A DNA stretch of 64,000 bases from the NCBI GenBank assembly GCA_048885865.1, contig JBHLLF010000015.1, positions 12,271 through 76,270 on the forward strand. Reading direction: 5' to 3'. This DNA comes from Candidatus Hermodarchaeota archaeon. Its GTDB lineage: Archaea; Asgardarchaeota; Thorarchaeia; Thorarchaeales; Thorarchaeaceae. Shown piece after piece: positions 9,763-18,967 of the stretch; the stretch's first letter is position 1, and each line of letters opens with the position of its first letter. The translations under genes were made by a program, and so were the position numbers. Below the pieces are notes generated by a model. It was not told the DNA's origin, ran no database searches, and worked only from the letters and a program-made list of their open reading frames with translations.

Positions 9763-11178
9763 TTGTCTGCATTTGAGGACAGTGCGAAAAAGCTGTCCGA
9801 GTTTGGTCTTACACCCTATGAGGCTAAGGTCTACCTAGCCGCTGCTAAGCTTGGACCTACCTCTGCAAGTAAAATCTCAAAGGTAGCAAAGATTCGTCGC
9901 GAGGAAGTCTACCGAACATTGCCTAAACTGGAGAAAGCTGGACTCATTAATCGGGTTCTAGGCAGACCTGTCAAAATCAGGGCAATGCCAATCGAGAATG
10001 CCCTCAGCTTCCTAATTAGTCGGAAAGAAGAGCAAGCGAAACAGGAGATTTCAAACCTCTATTCAATGAGAGAGAGTATCTTGGATAGCCTGCAGGCCGA
10101 ACATGAAGAGGCGGATTTGGGTGATGAGCCCCACCATTTCACATTGATATCCGAAAAGGATGCTGTCGGTGCAAGGACTTCGGCATTAATTGGCAACGCT
10201 AGAGCTTCAATTGACGTAGTGGACTCAAGTGCAGATGTTATTCGATTCATACTCAATTATGCAGATGTTCTGGAAAAAACAATCAATAGAGATGTGAAAG
10301 TTAGGATATTAACAGTCTGTCCCGATAATGAGGAAACTATCCCAGAAGCTCTTCAGAAGCATGTCCCAAACAACTCATTCGATTTGAGGTACGTCGAAAC
10401 ACTCCCAAGTCGCTATATTATGGTCGACCGAGATCAGGCATTAATCACAACCACTCCCGACGGAACATTATCCGACATGAAATGCCTGTGGACGGATGAT
10501 CCCACTCTTGTTGGACTTATCGAGAGAGACTTCGGAGAGCAGTATGCCAAGTCCACATCCTGGAAAGACTTCAAGCTATCACCATCTGAAAAGATGACCA
10601 GGATTGTGAAACACCTAAGGCCAAGAGATCATGTGATTCTAATGTATGATTCACTAGAAGCCAAGCGAAACACGCTCTTCAATTACCTCAAATATGGACT
10701 CGACAATGGAGAGGCTGTGAAATATGTCTGTTCAGAAGAGTCTCCTGAAGAGATTCGACTGGCTATGCAGAAATTCGGAATCCCCGTGAGCGAGTATGAA
10801 AAAACGGGAGCGCTGGATATAATGAATTACACTGACATCTATATCAGAGAAGGAAAGTTCAGTGTTTTAGACGTCATGGATGCATGGGATAATTACTACA
10901 CAAATGCACTAGCTGAAGGATTCAAGGGTCTGAGAGTCACTGGAGAGATGTCATGCTTCATGGAACACTCTCTAGTGGGAGAATTGATTGAGTATGAGAA
11001 GGCGCTACATACAATATTGGACATACCCTTGACCGCAATTTGTGCCTATAACTCCGAAACGCTGGCCAACATTGAGAATCCATTGGACGTATATTCAGAG
11101 CTTGTCAAGGCTCATGGAAAAGTCCTTTTTGCTGACAAAGACAGCACTGTTGGGAAGGTAGAGATGCGTAAAGCCTGA
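9763..11178 (+). CDS. TrmB-family regulator with C-terminal MEDS sensor domain
   Basis: FGLTPYEAKVY...IRREEVYRTLxKLEKxGL HTH; PLD-like effector domain; MEDS motifs HVILMY, GLRVTGEM, EYE, AICAY. Confidence 0.85.
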   Translation: MSAFEDSAKKLSEFGLTPYEAKVYLAAAKLGPTSASKISKVAKIRREEVYRTLPKLEKAGLINRVLGRPVKIRAMPIENALSFLISRKEEQAKQEISNLYSMRESILDSLQAEHEEADLGDEPHHFTLISEKDAVGARTSALIGNARASIDVVDSSADVIRFILNYADVLEKTINRDVKVRILTVCPDNEETIPEALQKHVPNNSFDLRYVETLPSRYIMVDRDQALITTTPDGTLSDMKCLWTDDPTLVGLIERDFGEQYAKSTSWKDFKLSPSEKMTRIVKHLRPRDHVILMYDSLEAKRNTLFNYLKYGLDNGEAVKYVCSEESPEEIRLAMQKFGIPVSEYEKTGALDIMNYTDIYIREGKFSVLDVMDAWDNYYTNALAEGFKGLRVTGEMSCFMEHSLVGELIEYEKALHTILDIPLTAICAYNSETLANIENPLDVYSELVKAHGKVLFADKDSTVGKVEMRKA

Positions 11179-11181
11179 TAT

Positions 11182-11427
11182 TCAGGCAGGTAGATAGATC
11201 CATTGGCGCATATCTTGAAGACAAGGTATGCGTTTAATCAGCTTCTTCCTGAGCAGCTTTCGTAGTGCATATCTGACGGTTCTAGCTGCGAAAGGAACTT
11301 CCTCAAGAAGCTGCTTTGGAGTTACACCCTTCTTTCCTCTGGTTCTCATTAGGTCAAGTACGATAGTTTGACTCTTTGTCAAACTTATGTTATGCAGCTC
11401 TTCTCTGAGCTGTTCATCACTCATCAC
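11182..11427 (-). CDS. Small winged-helix (MarR/ArsR-like) regulator
   Basis: TPKQL...RTVRYALRKL...LIKRIPCLQDMR. Confidence 0.8.
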   Translation of the reverse strand: MMSDEQLREELHNISLTKSQTIVLDLMRTRGKKGVTPKQLLEEVPFAARTVRYALRKLLRKKLIKRIPCLQDMRQWIYLPA

Positions 11428-11481
11428 ACGAATTCACCATTTTTATAGTTGATTCGCTGTCCAAATTAGGATTTAAGCACC

Positions 11482-11505
11482 TGTGACTGTGAGGATACAG
11501 TCACA
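11482..11505. promoter_or_regulatory. 9-bp-arm inverted repeat upstream of wHTH gene
   Basis: TGTGACTGT-gaggat-ACAGTCACA beside a TTAAAT box on the minus strand. Confidence 0.45.
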
Positions 11506-11533
11506 TTCAATGAGTTGGATAAGCAATTGTGTA

Positions 11534-12214
11534 CTATCCAAACAGCAATCGTACAATTAGCTCAATCACAGCGATGTAGAAATTTCCGGATGGCGGTGCG
11601 ATGAAGGTTGTTGATAGATGAAAGTAGGGACGAAGCACCCATGCCAACTGTGTGCCTACAAAAGCAAGAACCCCACTGCCAGTAATCATTGCGGGCACCC
11701 ATTTCTTGTTCTCACCATGAATCTTGCTGAAGCCCCGCAGCAGATAGCTTACAGCTGTCACTCCAGCTATGCCGAAGAAGAACACATTGAGTAGCACAGT
11801 AAAGGCATAAGCTGCGAAAGTCCGCTCCGGTGTAGTGAGCATGAAGAATAGCGTTACTGGAAGAAATGCCATCATCATTGTGGCCATGACTGTGATGCTT
11901 ATCATGAACAGCACAGCCATCTGGAGAAGACTCATCTCGCCTCCTAGTATGCCATTTAGTACATAGTAGGTCGGCAAAGATACAAGCACTGCGACTAGCA
12001 GTAACATTGGAATCTTAATCGCATCAAATACAATCTGTAATCCGCCTGCGTATGTCCCCATGCTGGCGCCATAAAGAGCTCCAAAAAGAAGCGTTGCTAG
12101 AATCGAGGTCACGAAATAGCTCTTGAGGTTTTTTTCTTCCTGAATTTCGTTGTATAATCCCTCACGGTCTCGAATGAAACGGCTCAGAGTCTGAAAGAAC
12201 GATTCATAATCCAC
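11534..12214 (-). CDS. Multi-pass membrane protein (Yip1-like fold)
   Basis: 5-6 TM; AIKIP.LL..SLPT.Y and FVGTQLAWVLRPYF motifs; GTG 12214 with GGAGG upstream. Confidence 0.65.
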   Translation of the reverse strand: MDYESFFQTLSRFIRDREGLYNEIQEEKNLKSYFVTSILATLLFGALYGASMGTYAGGLQIVFDAIKIPMLLLVAVLVSLPTYYVLNGILGGEMSLLQMAVLFMISITVMATMMMAFLPVTLFFMLTTPERTFAAYAFTVLLNVFFFGIAGVTAVSYLLRGFSKIHGENKKWVPAMITGSGVLAFVGTQLAWVLRPYFHLSTTFIAPPSGNFYIAVIELIVRLLFG

Positions 12215-12313
12215 GCGCAATCCTCCATCATGCAGACAGAGGGTTACTTTTTGTGCGCTGCTACTGTCCAAGAATTGCACTATTCTCAATATGATGATGA
12301 TTTCGGGCTTATT

Positions 12314-13654
12314 TCAGGCACCCACTCTCTTCACATATTTGTCGATGGCAAATTTCCGTTCTAGCCCCTTGGAACTCATGTAGCGAACTTTGCCGTAGAT
12401 AGGTCTCTCTCCCCATGCTCTGTCGTGTTTTCCAAAGCACCATGCAACACCTGCGTATCCATTTGGATCCCGGCCATCTAGTTCATACTTGTCGTTCAGT
12501 AGAAGTGCAGTGCTATACGCCAATTCCGGAGATGAACTCCACTCTAGTATCTTCTTTCCCCAATACATGCGCATATAGCCATGCATCTTTCCGGTTTTCA
12601 TCATCTCGATTTGGGCGGCATTCCAATATGGATCATGAGTTTCAGCGGACTCAAATTCCGCAAGTGAATAGACGTGTTCGCGGGGGTCAGTGGAATGCTC
12701 TTCTAGTGTGGTCATAGCCCAATTGGGCAGACATCTAATTGAGTCATAGTCCTTGTTGTAATAGACAAAATTCATACTTAGCTCACGACGAACCACCAAC
12801 TCCTCAAGAAAGGGTTCGGCTCCAATACTTCCTGTTTCCAAGACCTGTAAAGCAATCTCGAGAGGTGATATTTGGCCAAAGTGGAGATACGGACTCATGA
12901 TAGAAAGATAGTTCTCGGAAGGATTATTGCGCAAGTCGCCAAATTGGTCTAGTTTCTCGGAGATGAATTTGCTTAGCCTTTTCTTCGCCTCTTGTGTGCC
13001 ACCTTGAATCCAGTCCACCCCTTTTACAGATCTGTCGATTTCAAACTCATCAAGTACTCTTCTTGGATTCTTCAACTGAATTGAGGGAATCTCTTCGTTT
13101 AGCGAAAAAGCAGGGTCAGATTTCACAAGAGGCTTTAGGAATCTTTCCAAGTGCCGACTTATTTTTGGCCGAAATGTCCCAGCAGAGTATTCCTCCTTAG
13201 GAGAAGCGGTTTCAACAGGAACAACCACATTGGATTCTACTTGAATGACAGGACATCTAACTGACTCCGCTACCTTGCTACGCCACTCTCTTTGAAGCCG
13301 TTGGTAATCACGATCAACAATCATCAGGGCACAGTCTTCAGCCAGACTAATCGCGTACACGCTTGGATCTTCTTGACGCACAATTAGCGGCAAATTCCTC
13401 TCATTAAGTTCTGCTTCTACTTGAATGAGACCTTCTAGTAAGAATTGATAGCTCCTTTCAGTGCCTCCCGGATATTTGCCTGTTAGCCCGAAACATACTA
13501 CAAGTGGTAATTCATACCTATTTGCCAGACCAATTGCATACTCTAGAGCATGATTGCTATCAGATCTCTGAGATGCCTGCATCCAATACAGTACATATTT
13601 TCCCTTTTGTATTGAATTGGAGTTCAGCTGAGTAATTCGTTCCTTGTCAATCAT
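12314..13654 (-). CDS. phrB: Deoxyribodipyrimidine photolyase, class II CPD
   Basis: VLYWMQASQR..NHAL, SPYLHFGQIS, EELVVRREL, THDPYWNAAQ, GKMHGYMRMYWGKKILEW, DGRDPNGY; start ATG 13654. Confidence 0.95.
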   Translation of the reverse strand: MIDKERITQLNSNSIQKGKYVLYWMQASQRSDSNHALEYAIGLANRYELPLVVCFGLTGKYPGGTERSYQFLLEGLIQVEAELNERNLPLIVRQEDPSVYAISLAEDCALMIVDRDYQRLQREWRSKVAESVRCPVIQVESNVVVPVETASPKEEYSAGTFRPKISRHLERFLKPLVKSDPAFSLNEEIPSIQLKNPRRVLDEFEIDRSVKGVDWIQGGTQEAKKRLSKFISEKLDQFGDLRNNPSENYLSIMSPYLHFGQISPLEIALQVLETGSIGAEPFLEELVVRRELSMNFVYYNKDYDSIRCLPNWAMTTLEEHSTDPREHVYSLAEFESAETHDPYWNAAQIEMMKTGKMHGYMRMYWGKKILEWSSSPELAYSTALLLNDKYELDGRDPNGYAGVAWCFGKHDRAWGERPIYGKVRYMSSKGLERKFAIDKYVKRVGA

Positions 13655-13688
13655 GTTGAATGGGTTCATGAGTAAAGACTTATTAGCA

Positions 13689-13708
13689 TTATTAACAATT
13701 GTTAATAA
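13689..13708. promoter_or_regulatory. Perfect 20-bp palindrome in divergent promoter
   Basis: TTATTAACAATTGTTAATAA equals its own reverse complement. Confidence 0.65.
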
Positions 13709-13751
13709 CGTTCTATTGTCAAACATTTGGAGCACTAGGATTGTGTGGGAT

Positions 13752-14213
13752 ATGCAATTTCCAAGCGTAAGTGGAAATGATCTTCTTAGAAACAAGGTTT
13801 CATTGCCTGATGACTTGAGTTCGGGACTAAATGTCCTGATAGTGGCTTTCCAACAGTGGCATCAGGGACTAGTGAACTCTTGGGTACCTCTTCTTGACCA
13901 CATGGTGGAAAAGTATCAAGATCTTGATTACTATGAATTGCCAACTATCAGGAAGATGAATTGGTTAAGTCGTAGCATAATAGACAACGGAATGCGAGCA
14001 GGAATTCCATCAAGAGACACACGAAGGAGAACCATAACGCTCTACATTGACAAGGACCCGTTTAGGAAAAAGCTAAACATCCCAGATGAGAGCGATATCC
14101 ATCTATTCCTGGTTTCAGATGGCGGCGAAGTCTTATGGACTAGGTCGGGTGCCATCTCAGAGGAAAAAGCAGATTCACTGACTTCTGCAATAGAGAAAGC
14201 TAGAGCGGATTAG
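13752..14213 (+). CDS. Thioredoxin-like-fold protein, ATP10-like, no CxxC
   Basis: FPSVSGxxL...LPDD...IVAFQQWHQ..VNSW, IDNGMRAGIP, FLV...GEVLW...G. Confidence 0.6.
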   Translation: MQFPSVSGNDLLRNKVSLPDDLSSGLNVLIVAFQQWHQGLVNSWVPLLDHMVEKYQDLDYYELPTIRKMNWLSRSIIDNGMRAGIPSRDTRRRTITLYIDKDPFRKKLNIPDESDIHLFLVSDGGEVLWTRSGAISEEKADSLTSAIEKARAD

Positions 14214-14229
14214 CGGACTCAGGACAAAA

Positions 14230-15705
14230 TCACGTGACAGGAGAAGATTCAGCTACCTGGACAAGCCTTTCAATGAACCTTCTAATCACATATTTCCTAA
14301 ATGGTAGTAGCCCATACCATGCAACCATTCCCGCCAGTCCATAGGGGCGGTAGTGGATTTCTGCATCGAGGGAACAACCTTTGGGAATTCTGTCCCTCAT
14401 TGTAAGTGTGAGTGTCATGAGAGCTGGCATCTTTAATCTTGACATGAGTGAGAGTCGGCTAGTAGGAGAGAATTCGACAATCTTCCAGCAGTCTACTGAG
14501 GAACCTGCTTTTAAACGAGAGAAAGGAGCTATGTTTTCTGCCATGCCGTTTCCTCGAAGAAGAACATCAATGTATCCGCGAAATGGCCAAATCCAACTTC
14601 CGTAGTTCCAGCCCTTTGTACCAATAATGGAATTTAGTGCATTCCAGACATTATCACTTGAAGCAAGTGATTCGAATCTCTGATTTATGGCAAAAGAGGT
14701 GCCTCCTGCCCACTGAGGATCCCCCTTCTGAACTTGCTCAGGAATTGAAACCAGTTTATAATGATCTTCTCTTTCGGAGGAAGTATGATGTCTTCTGTTG
14801 TCTATTGCTAGGCGAATAGCCTCACGGACAGTCAGTAGTTTCTGAGGAACTAATAACTGAACATCATCATTTTGAACGACTGCTTCATTCCGCAAACCTT
14901 CAATGAGTGGCCTTGTGAGTGGAGTTGGAAGAGGAGTCACTAAGGAAAGCCAATAGGAACTCAGACCCGGGGTTAGTATCGGTATGGGGACAATGAATCG
15001 TCGCACCAGACTTGCTTCTTCTGCATAGATACGCATCAGATCTTGATAGGAGAAGACATCGGGTCCACCAATATCCAAGACTCGATTGGCAGTCTCTTCG
15101 TTCGCAAGACAATCAATGAGATATCCGACAACATTGCTAACAGCAATTGGTTGACTCTTTGTGCGAACCCATCTAGGAGTCACCATAGCTGGCAATCTAT
15201 CAACAAGATACCGCATTATTTCGAATGATGCACTTCCTGCTCCAATTATCATAGCTGCACGAAGAGTAGTTGCTGGAACTGAACAGTCGTGCAAAATGCG
15301 ACTGACTTCCATTCGGGATGCAAGATGCTTGCTGAGTCCGCTCTCAACCTCACCCAGTCCACCCAGGTAGATTATTCGTTTTAATTCAGCCTGCTCCGCA
15401 GCTTTGACCATGTTTTCTGCTGCTGTTCTATCAAGGTTTACAAAATCCCCCTTACCGTACATAGAATGCACCAGATAGAATGCTGCAAAACATCCCTGTG
15501 TTGCACTGATCAATGACTCAACATCAAACACATCTGCTTTAACTGGAGTAAGATTCGGATGGGATGACCAAGATTTCATTTTGATTTTGGTGGAATCTCT
15601 GTATCCTGCATTGACCCGAAATCCCTTGCGTAGTAATGCACTCACTAGCCGGGTCCCAATGTAGCCAGTTGATCCGACTACTAGTACTCTTCTCAAATCA
15701 GTCAT
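14230..15705 (-). CDS. NAD(P)-binding SDR with DUF2867 (YbjT-like)
   Basis: GSTGYIG, AFYLVHSM, YLGGLG, SKHLASR, GSASFEI, QPIA; C-terminal START-like domain ending PYGLAG..WY. Confidence 0.85.
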   Translation of the reverse strand: MTDLRRVLVVGSTGYIGTRLVSALLRKGFRVNAGYRDSTKIKMKSWSSHPNLTPVKADVFDVESLISATQGCFAAFYLVHSMYGKGDFVNLDRTAAENMVKAAEQAELKRIIYLGGLGEVESGLSKHLASRMEVSRILHDCSVPATTLRAAMIIGAGSASFEIMRYLVDRLPAMVTPRWVRTKSQPIAVSNVVGYLIDCLANEETANRVLDIGGPDVFSYQDLMRIYAEEASLVRRFIVPIPILTPGLSSYWLSLVTPLPTPLTRPLIEGLRNEAVVQNDDVQLLVPQKLLTVREAIRLAIDNRRHHTSSEREDHYKLVSIPEQVQKGDPQWAGGTSFAINQRFESLASSDNVWNALNSIIGTKGWNYGSWIWPFRGYIDVLLRGNGMAENIAPFSRLKAGSSVDCWKIVEFSPTSRLSLMSRLKMPALMTLTLTMRDRIPKGCSLDAEIHYRPYGLAGMVAWYGLLPFRKYVIRRFIERLVQVAESSPVT

Positions 15706-15934
15706 TTCTAAACGAAGAGCGGCATATAGGACATATGTATGATTGGGTATTTCATTTCAGAAAGAAAATGTCGCATTTCCAAACCATGATTCTAACGCTT
15801 TGAGTGTGTCCTCGATTGCATAAGATTGCCCAGGAATTTGCAGAATCATAGTGCAACTTTTATGAAGTCGGAGAACAGATACAATTTAGTCCCTCTCATT
15901 GATAGATGGGAATTGCAAAGGAAATGCGGAGCAT

Positions 15935-16627
15935 ATGCTACAGTTCATTGAATTTACCCATTTGGCAGCGGCATTCGTGTCTGGATTATATATTGCTACA
16001 TCTCCCTGTATATTCCCGCTTTTACCGCTGTTTCTTATTAGAAGTCTTGGATCTGCAGATGATAGGTCAAGGAGTGTAATTGTAACTATCGCGCTCACGG
16101 CAGGCATTCTAAGCTCACTTGCCATTTACTTTGCAATATCTGGACTTATTGGACAGTACATACTTCAGAATTATACGCTTATCCAAGCTGTTCTTGGCGG
16201 AATCGTGATATTTCTTGGAATTGTAACTGTTTCATCCACTCTCAAAGAGAAGCTCCGATTGAACTCACTCAGTATTGGAAGGCAGCCAGAAAAACCCACC
16301 GGACTTTCTGGAGTCTTTCTTGTGGGATTCAGCTATTCTCTACTGGCAGCGCCATGCTCGGGACCTGTAATCATTAGTCTGTTTGCACTATTTGGAGGGC
16401 AGCCAGAGGTTTCGGTTCAATTAGCTATGTTCATTCTATTGTCCATAGCTGTGATGATACCGTATTTCGCCATAGCATTCGTGACTGGAGAGGCCAGAAC
16501 TAGGATAGCAATGCAGATTGCAAATTCAGCAAGAATCCTGGAGTATTTGGTTGGAGGTCTACTCATTATCATAGGTATTATCTTGATGTATCCATGGCTC
16601 AGCTCTTACATTTCGAGGGTAATTTAG
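15935..16627 (+). CDS. ccdA: CcdA/DsbD transmembrane electron transporter
   Basis: SPCIFPLLP and APCSGP Cys pair in a 6-TM protein. Confidence 0.85.
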   Translation: MLQFIEFTHLAAAFVSGLYIATSPCIFPLLPLFLIRSLGSADDRSRSVIVTIALTAGILSSLAIYFAISGLIGQYILQNYTLIQAVLGGIVIFLGIVTVSSTLKEKLRLNSLSIGRQPEKPTGLSGVFLVGFSYSLLAAPCSGPVIISLFALFGGQPEVSVQLAMFILLSIAVMIPYFAIAFVTGEARTRIAMQIANSARILEYLVGGLLIIIGIILMYPWLSSYISRVI

Positions 16628-16640
16628 ACGGTGAATCAAA

Positions 16641-17075
16641 ATGCAACTGACATCTGACCGACTCGTGCACCTCCTAGACAGATTGCATGCGGGAGTGGTG
16701 GTAATAGACAAGGACAACAAGATAGTCCTGTTTAACGAACTCGCGGGAGAGATGCTGAATCAAGATCCGAAAAGCAGGATTGGGACATCGATTCTCCGAT
16801 GTCACCCTGAAAGAGCTGAGCCGGGAGTTCTAAAAATGATTGACCAGATGAAAACTGGTGAACTTAAGGAGTACGAGGGATGGGTCAACTTCGCTGGAAG
16901 GGTCCTCTACGAATACATCTATCCCTTGCATGATGAAAGTGGAACCTACATCGGTGCGGTTGGTGAGATGCATGACGCATCAGAAAAGGCTGAGCTTCTG
17001 GGGGCTAAAGGCGAATTTGAAATGCCGGAGATGCATGGATTGGGGGAAAGCTCACCCCGAAACCCTCTGCCCTAG
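16641..17075 (+). CDS. Stand-alone PAS domain protein
   Basis: LLDRLHAGVVVID...FNE.A, IGxSILxCHP, PLHDESGTYIG. Confidence 0.85.
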   Translation: MQLTSDRLVHLLDRLHAGVVVIDKDNKIVLFNELAGEMLNQDPKSRIGTSILRCHPERAEPGVLKMIDQMKTGELKEYEGWVNFAGRVLYEYIYPLHDESGTYIGAVGEMHDASEKAELLGAKGEFEMPEMHGLGESSPRNPLP

Positions 17076-17150
17076 GGGTAGACTCTGAAATAAACCGGAA
17101 AGGAGATGGAAACGGAGCATTACTCCGAGTCCTCTCCTGAATGTACCGTA

Positions 17151-18008
17151 TCAATCTCTCCAGTCGAATGAGTCAATGCCGCCCCATTTGCTTTTGCCAA
17201 TTGCCGCTCCAATAACAGCCATGAGGATTATGGATAGTATGACAACTGCAAAGTTCTGGTAGTCGTTGAATCCTGAGGCGAAGAAGTAGAACCAGAAAAT
17301 GAGTAGAACAAGCCATACAAAACCAATCCCCGGACCTAGCCATCTTGGAATGGGCTCCATTTCTGTTTCAAACACTGAAATGCCAACAGCCACGACATAC
17401 ACTACTAGTGTTACGACTAGGCCAACTGTGACATTGAAATAGAGTTCATAGCCTCCGGCATAGAACCAAAGCCAGATGATCAGGAATGCAAAGTACGCAT
17501 AGAGAGTGACTAGACCCAACACAGCGCGTCCTCTGAAAGCCATGAATGCTTCTCGAGGAACCTGTGTCATCCAAGGACCTCCTGTCAGTGCGATCAAGGC
17601 CGCAACTGATAGAATCATGATGGCGAAATTCTGGTACCCACTGTAATATGCGGCATAGAAAGGCCACCAGAGCACTATAAAGATCAGCCAACCAATTCCA
17701 ACTGTGATGGAGAGCCTTATCCTCCATGCTGAGGGAGCCCACATTATAGCGTTTACCCAACCAATGAATAGGAAAGAAGCTCCTATTACTGCGACATTCT
17801 CCCAGAATGTGTATCCTGTTCCAGCAAAGAAGAATAACCAAATCATTGCAAAGGCAACCCAAACAACAAAAGAAGCAGCCGATGCATTTCCTTTCCTCTT
17901 TGTTCCTGACCAGCCAGAACGTCCCCTCCGAACGTCTGGGGGAGGTGCGCTTTCCTCTTCTTCAGGAGCCTCAACTGGCTCCTCTTCATTATCATTCGAA
18001 TACTCCAA
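17151..18008 (-). CDS. Membrane protein with four internal hairpin repeats
   Basis: Repeat W..F...W..F[FY]A.G[YF]..[YW][QE]N.A[VI] occurs four times; acidic N-terminal tail. Confidence 0.75.
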   Translation of the reverse strand: MEYSNDNEEEPVEAPEEEESAPPPDVRRGRSGWSGTKRKGNASAASFVVWVAFAMIWLFFFAGTGYTFWENVAVIGASFLFIGWVNAIMWAPSAWRIRLSITVGIGWLIFIVLWWPFYAAYYSGYQNFAIMILSVAALIALTGGPWMTQVPREAFMAFRGRAVLGLVTLYAYFAFLIIWLWFYAGGYELYFNVTVGLVVTLVVYVVAVGISVFETEMEPIPRWLGPGIGFVWLVLLIFWFYFFASGFNDYQNFAVVILSIILMAVIGAAIGKSKWGGIDSFDWRD

Positions 18009-18161
18009 GTTTAGTCCTCCACATAATGTGAATCGAATCGATTGATTTGTTGGAGTTTAATATAGTTAATAAACCTGTGCACTCACGCGGCCTTTTCTGA
18101 ATGGGCTTAACTAAACACCTTAAAGCAGTAATCAGAGTTTGCAACTATTCCATAAGGGGTC

Positions 18162-18419
18162 ATGAATATGAGAGAGGTGGATGATAACTCAAAGAACGTA
18201 GCGATATGCAGGCAGTTCTGTGGACCATGTCCTACATTCCAGTCCAATGATCTGAGAAAAATCCCTCCCAATATGCTATTCTGTGCTAGAGGAGCCTCAG
18301 AGAAACAGGAGGAGGAGATGGAGGACAAGGGTTGCTTCTGTCCAGGATGCGGCATTTACAAGGACTATGAGCTATCAGGCGGTTGGTTCTGTATTTTCGG
18401 CAAGGAAGGAAGAAAGTAA
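18162..18419 (+). CDS. DUF2769 Cys-rich protein
   Basis: CxxCPT...LFCARG...GCxCPxC....Y.L...FC..G. Confidence 0.8.
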   Translation: MNMREVDDNSKNVAICRQFCGPCPTFQSNDLRKIPPNMLFCARGASEKQEEEMEDKGCFCPGCGIYKDYELSGGWFCIFGKEGRK

Positions 18420-18560
18420 TCGATACTGTATCTATCCATTTGCTAGGCTTTGTCTATATAGGACCGAACCCATCAAATATATCCTAACAGATGTCGAGCA
18501 CTACATGGCAATCCTTAAGATACGACCATGGATGGCGCTGCAAAGGTGAGCTGAGAAAGG

Positions 18561-18842
18561 ATGGCCTATTGCGTAATGGTCCAGGGCCCATGTAGAGGCA
18601 AAATGTGCGATTTCTGGGCCAGAGTGAAGCTCAGAAAGAGGGCTACCGAAGAGGTCGCTCAAGATATGTATCTCAGCATTCGCCAGTGCGATAATCCGGG
18701 ACACATGGAACTTGATGATGCAATTGTCGAGTATTGGACTGCATTCGGTGTGAAGAACATTGGGCGACTCTGTGAGGAGGAGCCGGAACTTTGCTCTAAA
18801 ATGAAGCAAATAGAGCACCACGTTCGAATATTGATGTCCTAG
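18561..18842 (+). CDS. Small Cys-rich hypothetical protein
   Basis: MAYCVMVQGPCRGKMCDFWAR; AAGG upstream; fits between neighbouring genes. Confidence 0.65.
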   Translation: MAYCVMVQGPCRGKMCDFWARVKLRKRATEEVAQDMYLSIRQCDNPGHMELDDAIVEYWTAFGVKNIGRLCEEEPELCSKMKQIEHHVRILMS

Positions 18843-18967
18843 AAATCAAGGAAACAACGATGCAATTTCATGCATGGTTGTTGGCTATTTGTGAAAAGAA
18901 ACGGAGGCCAGAGAGTAGCAGGAATTATCCCGCTACCCAACTGGCATTTTAATCAACTATTCATTCA

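Noticed and set aside
11534-12214. Actin-binding WH2 protein
   Set aside because: Similar proteins carry this label, but no WH2 motif is visible and the protein is almost entirely transmembrane.
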